A DNA stretch of 64,000 nucleotides from Cirrosporium novae-zelandiae (lineage: Eukaryota): assembly GCA_026023565.1 (NCBI GenBank), contig JAPETS010000001.1:1-64000 (forward strand), read 5' to 3'. The position numbers and the translations under genes are program-made. Positions 62,568-64,000 of this stretch are shown piece by piece (within the stretch, counting starts at the first letter, position 1; each line of letters opens with the position of its first letter). The notes under the pieces are model-generated. The model saw only the letters and a list, made by a program, of their open reading frames with translations, was not told the origin of the DNA and did no database searches.

Positions 62568-63230
62568 TTATTCCTCAACATCAAAGCTTGTCCCACACCC
62601 ACAGCTACTTTTAGCTCTCGGGTTCCCCACAATCTTGAACTGGCTTCCAATCAGCTCCTGCGTATAATCAACGGTGCTCCCCTTCAGCAGTTCCAAGCTG
62701 GGCTCATCCATGACCACCCTTGCTTTTTCTTGACTTCCTTCTGGCGCCTCTTCGAATACCATGTCCCCCTCCTCGGCATTGACATCCGACCCAGGCACGA
62801 GGGACATGAGGTATTGGAAACCGTGACAGCCTCCCGACGTTACGGACACGCGCAGGTGAAGGTTGGGGTCGTGGTCTTGGGATTGGATTTGCAGTAGACG
62901 GGAGGTGGCGCGCGGGGAGATGTAGATTGTATTCGGGATATCATCTTCGGAGATCGAGGTGGAGATGTCCGGCGGAGGAGGGGTGGTCGGGGAAGGTGGA
63001 GTGGGGCTCGTGGGTGCTGGTTGGGTTGTGAGGAGCCGTCGAGGGACCCCGAAAGAATATGAGGGCGGTAATCTTCTCGTTTGTAAAGCGGAAGATGAAG
63101 TACGCAGATATTGTTCACGGATTTTGGTGTGGAGTTGGCGGCGACAGGCCGAGCATAGTGTTTGGGATGATTGGAAATGAAGGTGGTGTAGCCTGGGGCG
63201 GATGCGGGAGAGCGGTGCTGATGCAGACAT
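62568..63230 (-). CDS. ISA2: Mitochondrial iron-sulfur cluster assembly protein, A-type carrier (IscA/HesB family)
   Basis: Arg/Ser-rich presequence; LRVSVTSGGCHGFQY and NPRAKSSCGCGTSF supply the three conserved Cys. Confidence 0.93.
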   Translation of the reverse strand: MSASAPLSRIRPRLHHLHFQSSQTLCSACRRQLHTKIREQYLRTSSSALQTRRLPPSYSFGVPRRLLTTQPAPTSPTPPSPTTPPPPDISTSISEDDIPNTIYISPRATSRLLQIQSQDHDPNLHLRVSVTSGGCHGFQYLMSLVPGSDVNAEEGDMVFEEAPEGSQEKARVVMDEPSLELLKGSTVDYTQELIGSQFKIVGNPRAKSSCGCGTSFDVEE

Positions 63231-63883
63231 GTTGATAAAGATGATAATGCTGATGGAACGATCAATCCGTTCTGCTTCGGAATGTCGTGGCTCTCATATG
63301 TTAATCGAGGAGGTGTACTGTCTTGTTCTATAAAAGAATTTCCGTCCTGTGATAGAACGGCGGGATGTTGAGCGACTCGAGTAGATGATGTCGGCGGAGG
63401 TGTGGAAAAGCCGACGGGCGGAAAATGACGGCAGAAAGAGAGAATTGTTAGGAAGAAGACGGAAGATGATTAATCCAATAACGTCATGTCATGATTGGTT
63501 TAATTCAGGACATTTCTTATCGGGAACCTACTGGCGGGTATTCGCGGGGTAGCCTATAATTGCTAATATTATCAGATCGAGCACCTAGTCTACCCATTTT
63601 ATATATAAATCAGTTGGAAGAGTAAATACCCTCTTGTTTCCTCGCTGCTCAAGAGAAGGTACGTTTTGAGTTTCATTCTGTCTTCCCTTTATCTTCCCTG
63701 TCTCTGGTCCTGTATCTCTCTTTCCTTCACACTCAGTCTTGATATTGTATCTTTCTAAGAAGATAGCTTTTCCCCACCTCACTTGATTAGAGACTGTAGA
63801 TGCCCTGTCTATTGATTACTATATCAGGCTGTTCTATTATATACTTAACACTATTTGCAAATTGTGTTCATCTCAAAACTAAC

Positions 63884-64000
63884 ATGAGTAGGAAACGGGC
63901 CGCGCCTGGATGGATTCCGCACGGGATACGTACTCTATCGGCAATGGCAAAGCTTTTCGTGGAAGAATCTTTTCCTACAAGAGAATATGCTCAATTGAAA
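63884..64000 (+). CDS. Possible 5' end of a gene running off the window
   Basis: ATG at 63884 opens MSRKRAAPGWIPHG... with no stop to the window end, divergent from ISA2. It is too short to verify. Confidence 0.25.
   Translation, partial: MSRKRAAPGWIPHGIRTLSAMAKLFVEESFPTREYAQLK

Overview
Intron-containing eukaryotic DNA from a filamentous ascomycete (Pezizomycotina-type GT..CTRAY..AG introns, HET and NACHT-ANK genes), rich in simple repeats between genes. The left part holds ordinary genes: three hypotheticals, a DevR/Esc1-like bHLH factor with an ~11.6 kb gene-poor upstream region, a Cys-rich gene missed by the ORF track, an MBOAT acyltransferase, a But2-like secreted protein, a peroxisomal 2-hydroxyacyl-CoA lyase, an MFS phosphate transporter, a GPI protein and NPP1. 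Between NPP1 and ISA2 (~38-61 kb) lies an accessory, immunity-flavoured block. Its core is a tight three-gene cluster at 40.6-51.2 kb. (i) An ~1730-aa NLR-like protein (SesB-like hydrolase-NACHT-ankyrin-ZZ finger) whose hydrolase nucleophile and Walker A/B motifs are all degenerate. (ii) A 277-aa cytosolic protein with an amphipathic beta-hairpin typical of beta-pore-forming proteins, lacking the RCD-1/HET-Q1 gasdermin motifs I know. (iii) A divergently transcribed ankyrin + S8 subtilisin protease with an intact triad. I infer a candidate sensor-protease-pore cell-death module analogous to, but possibly distinct from, het-Q. An intact HET-domain gene and two pseudogenes follow. All domain calls are from motif recognition by eye; no database searches were run.
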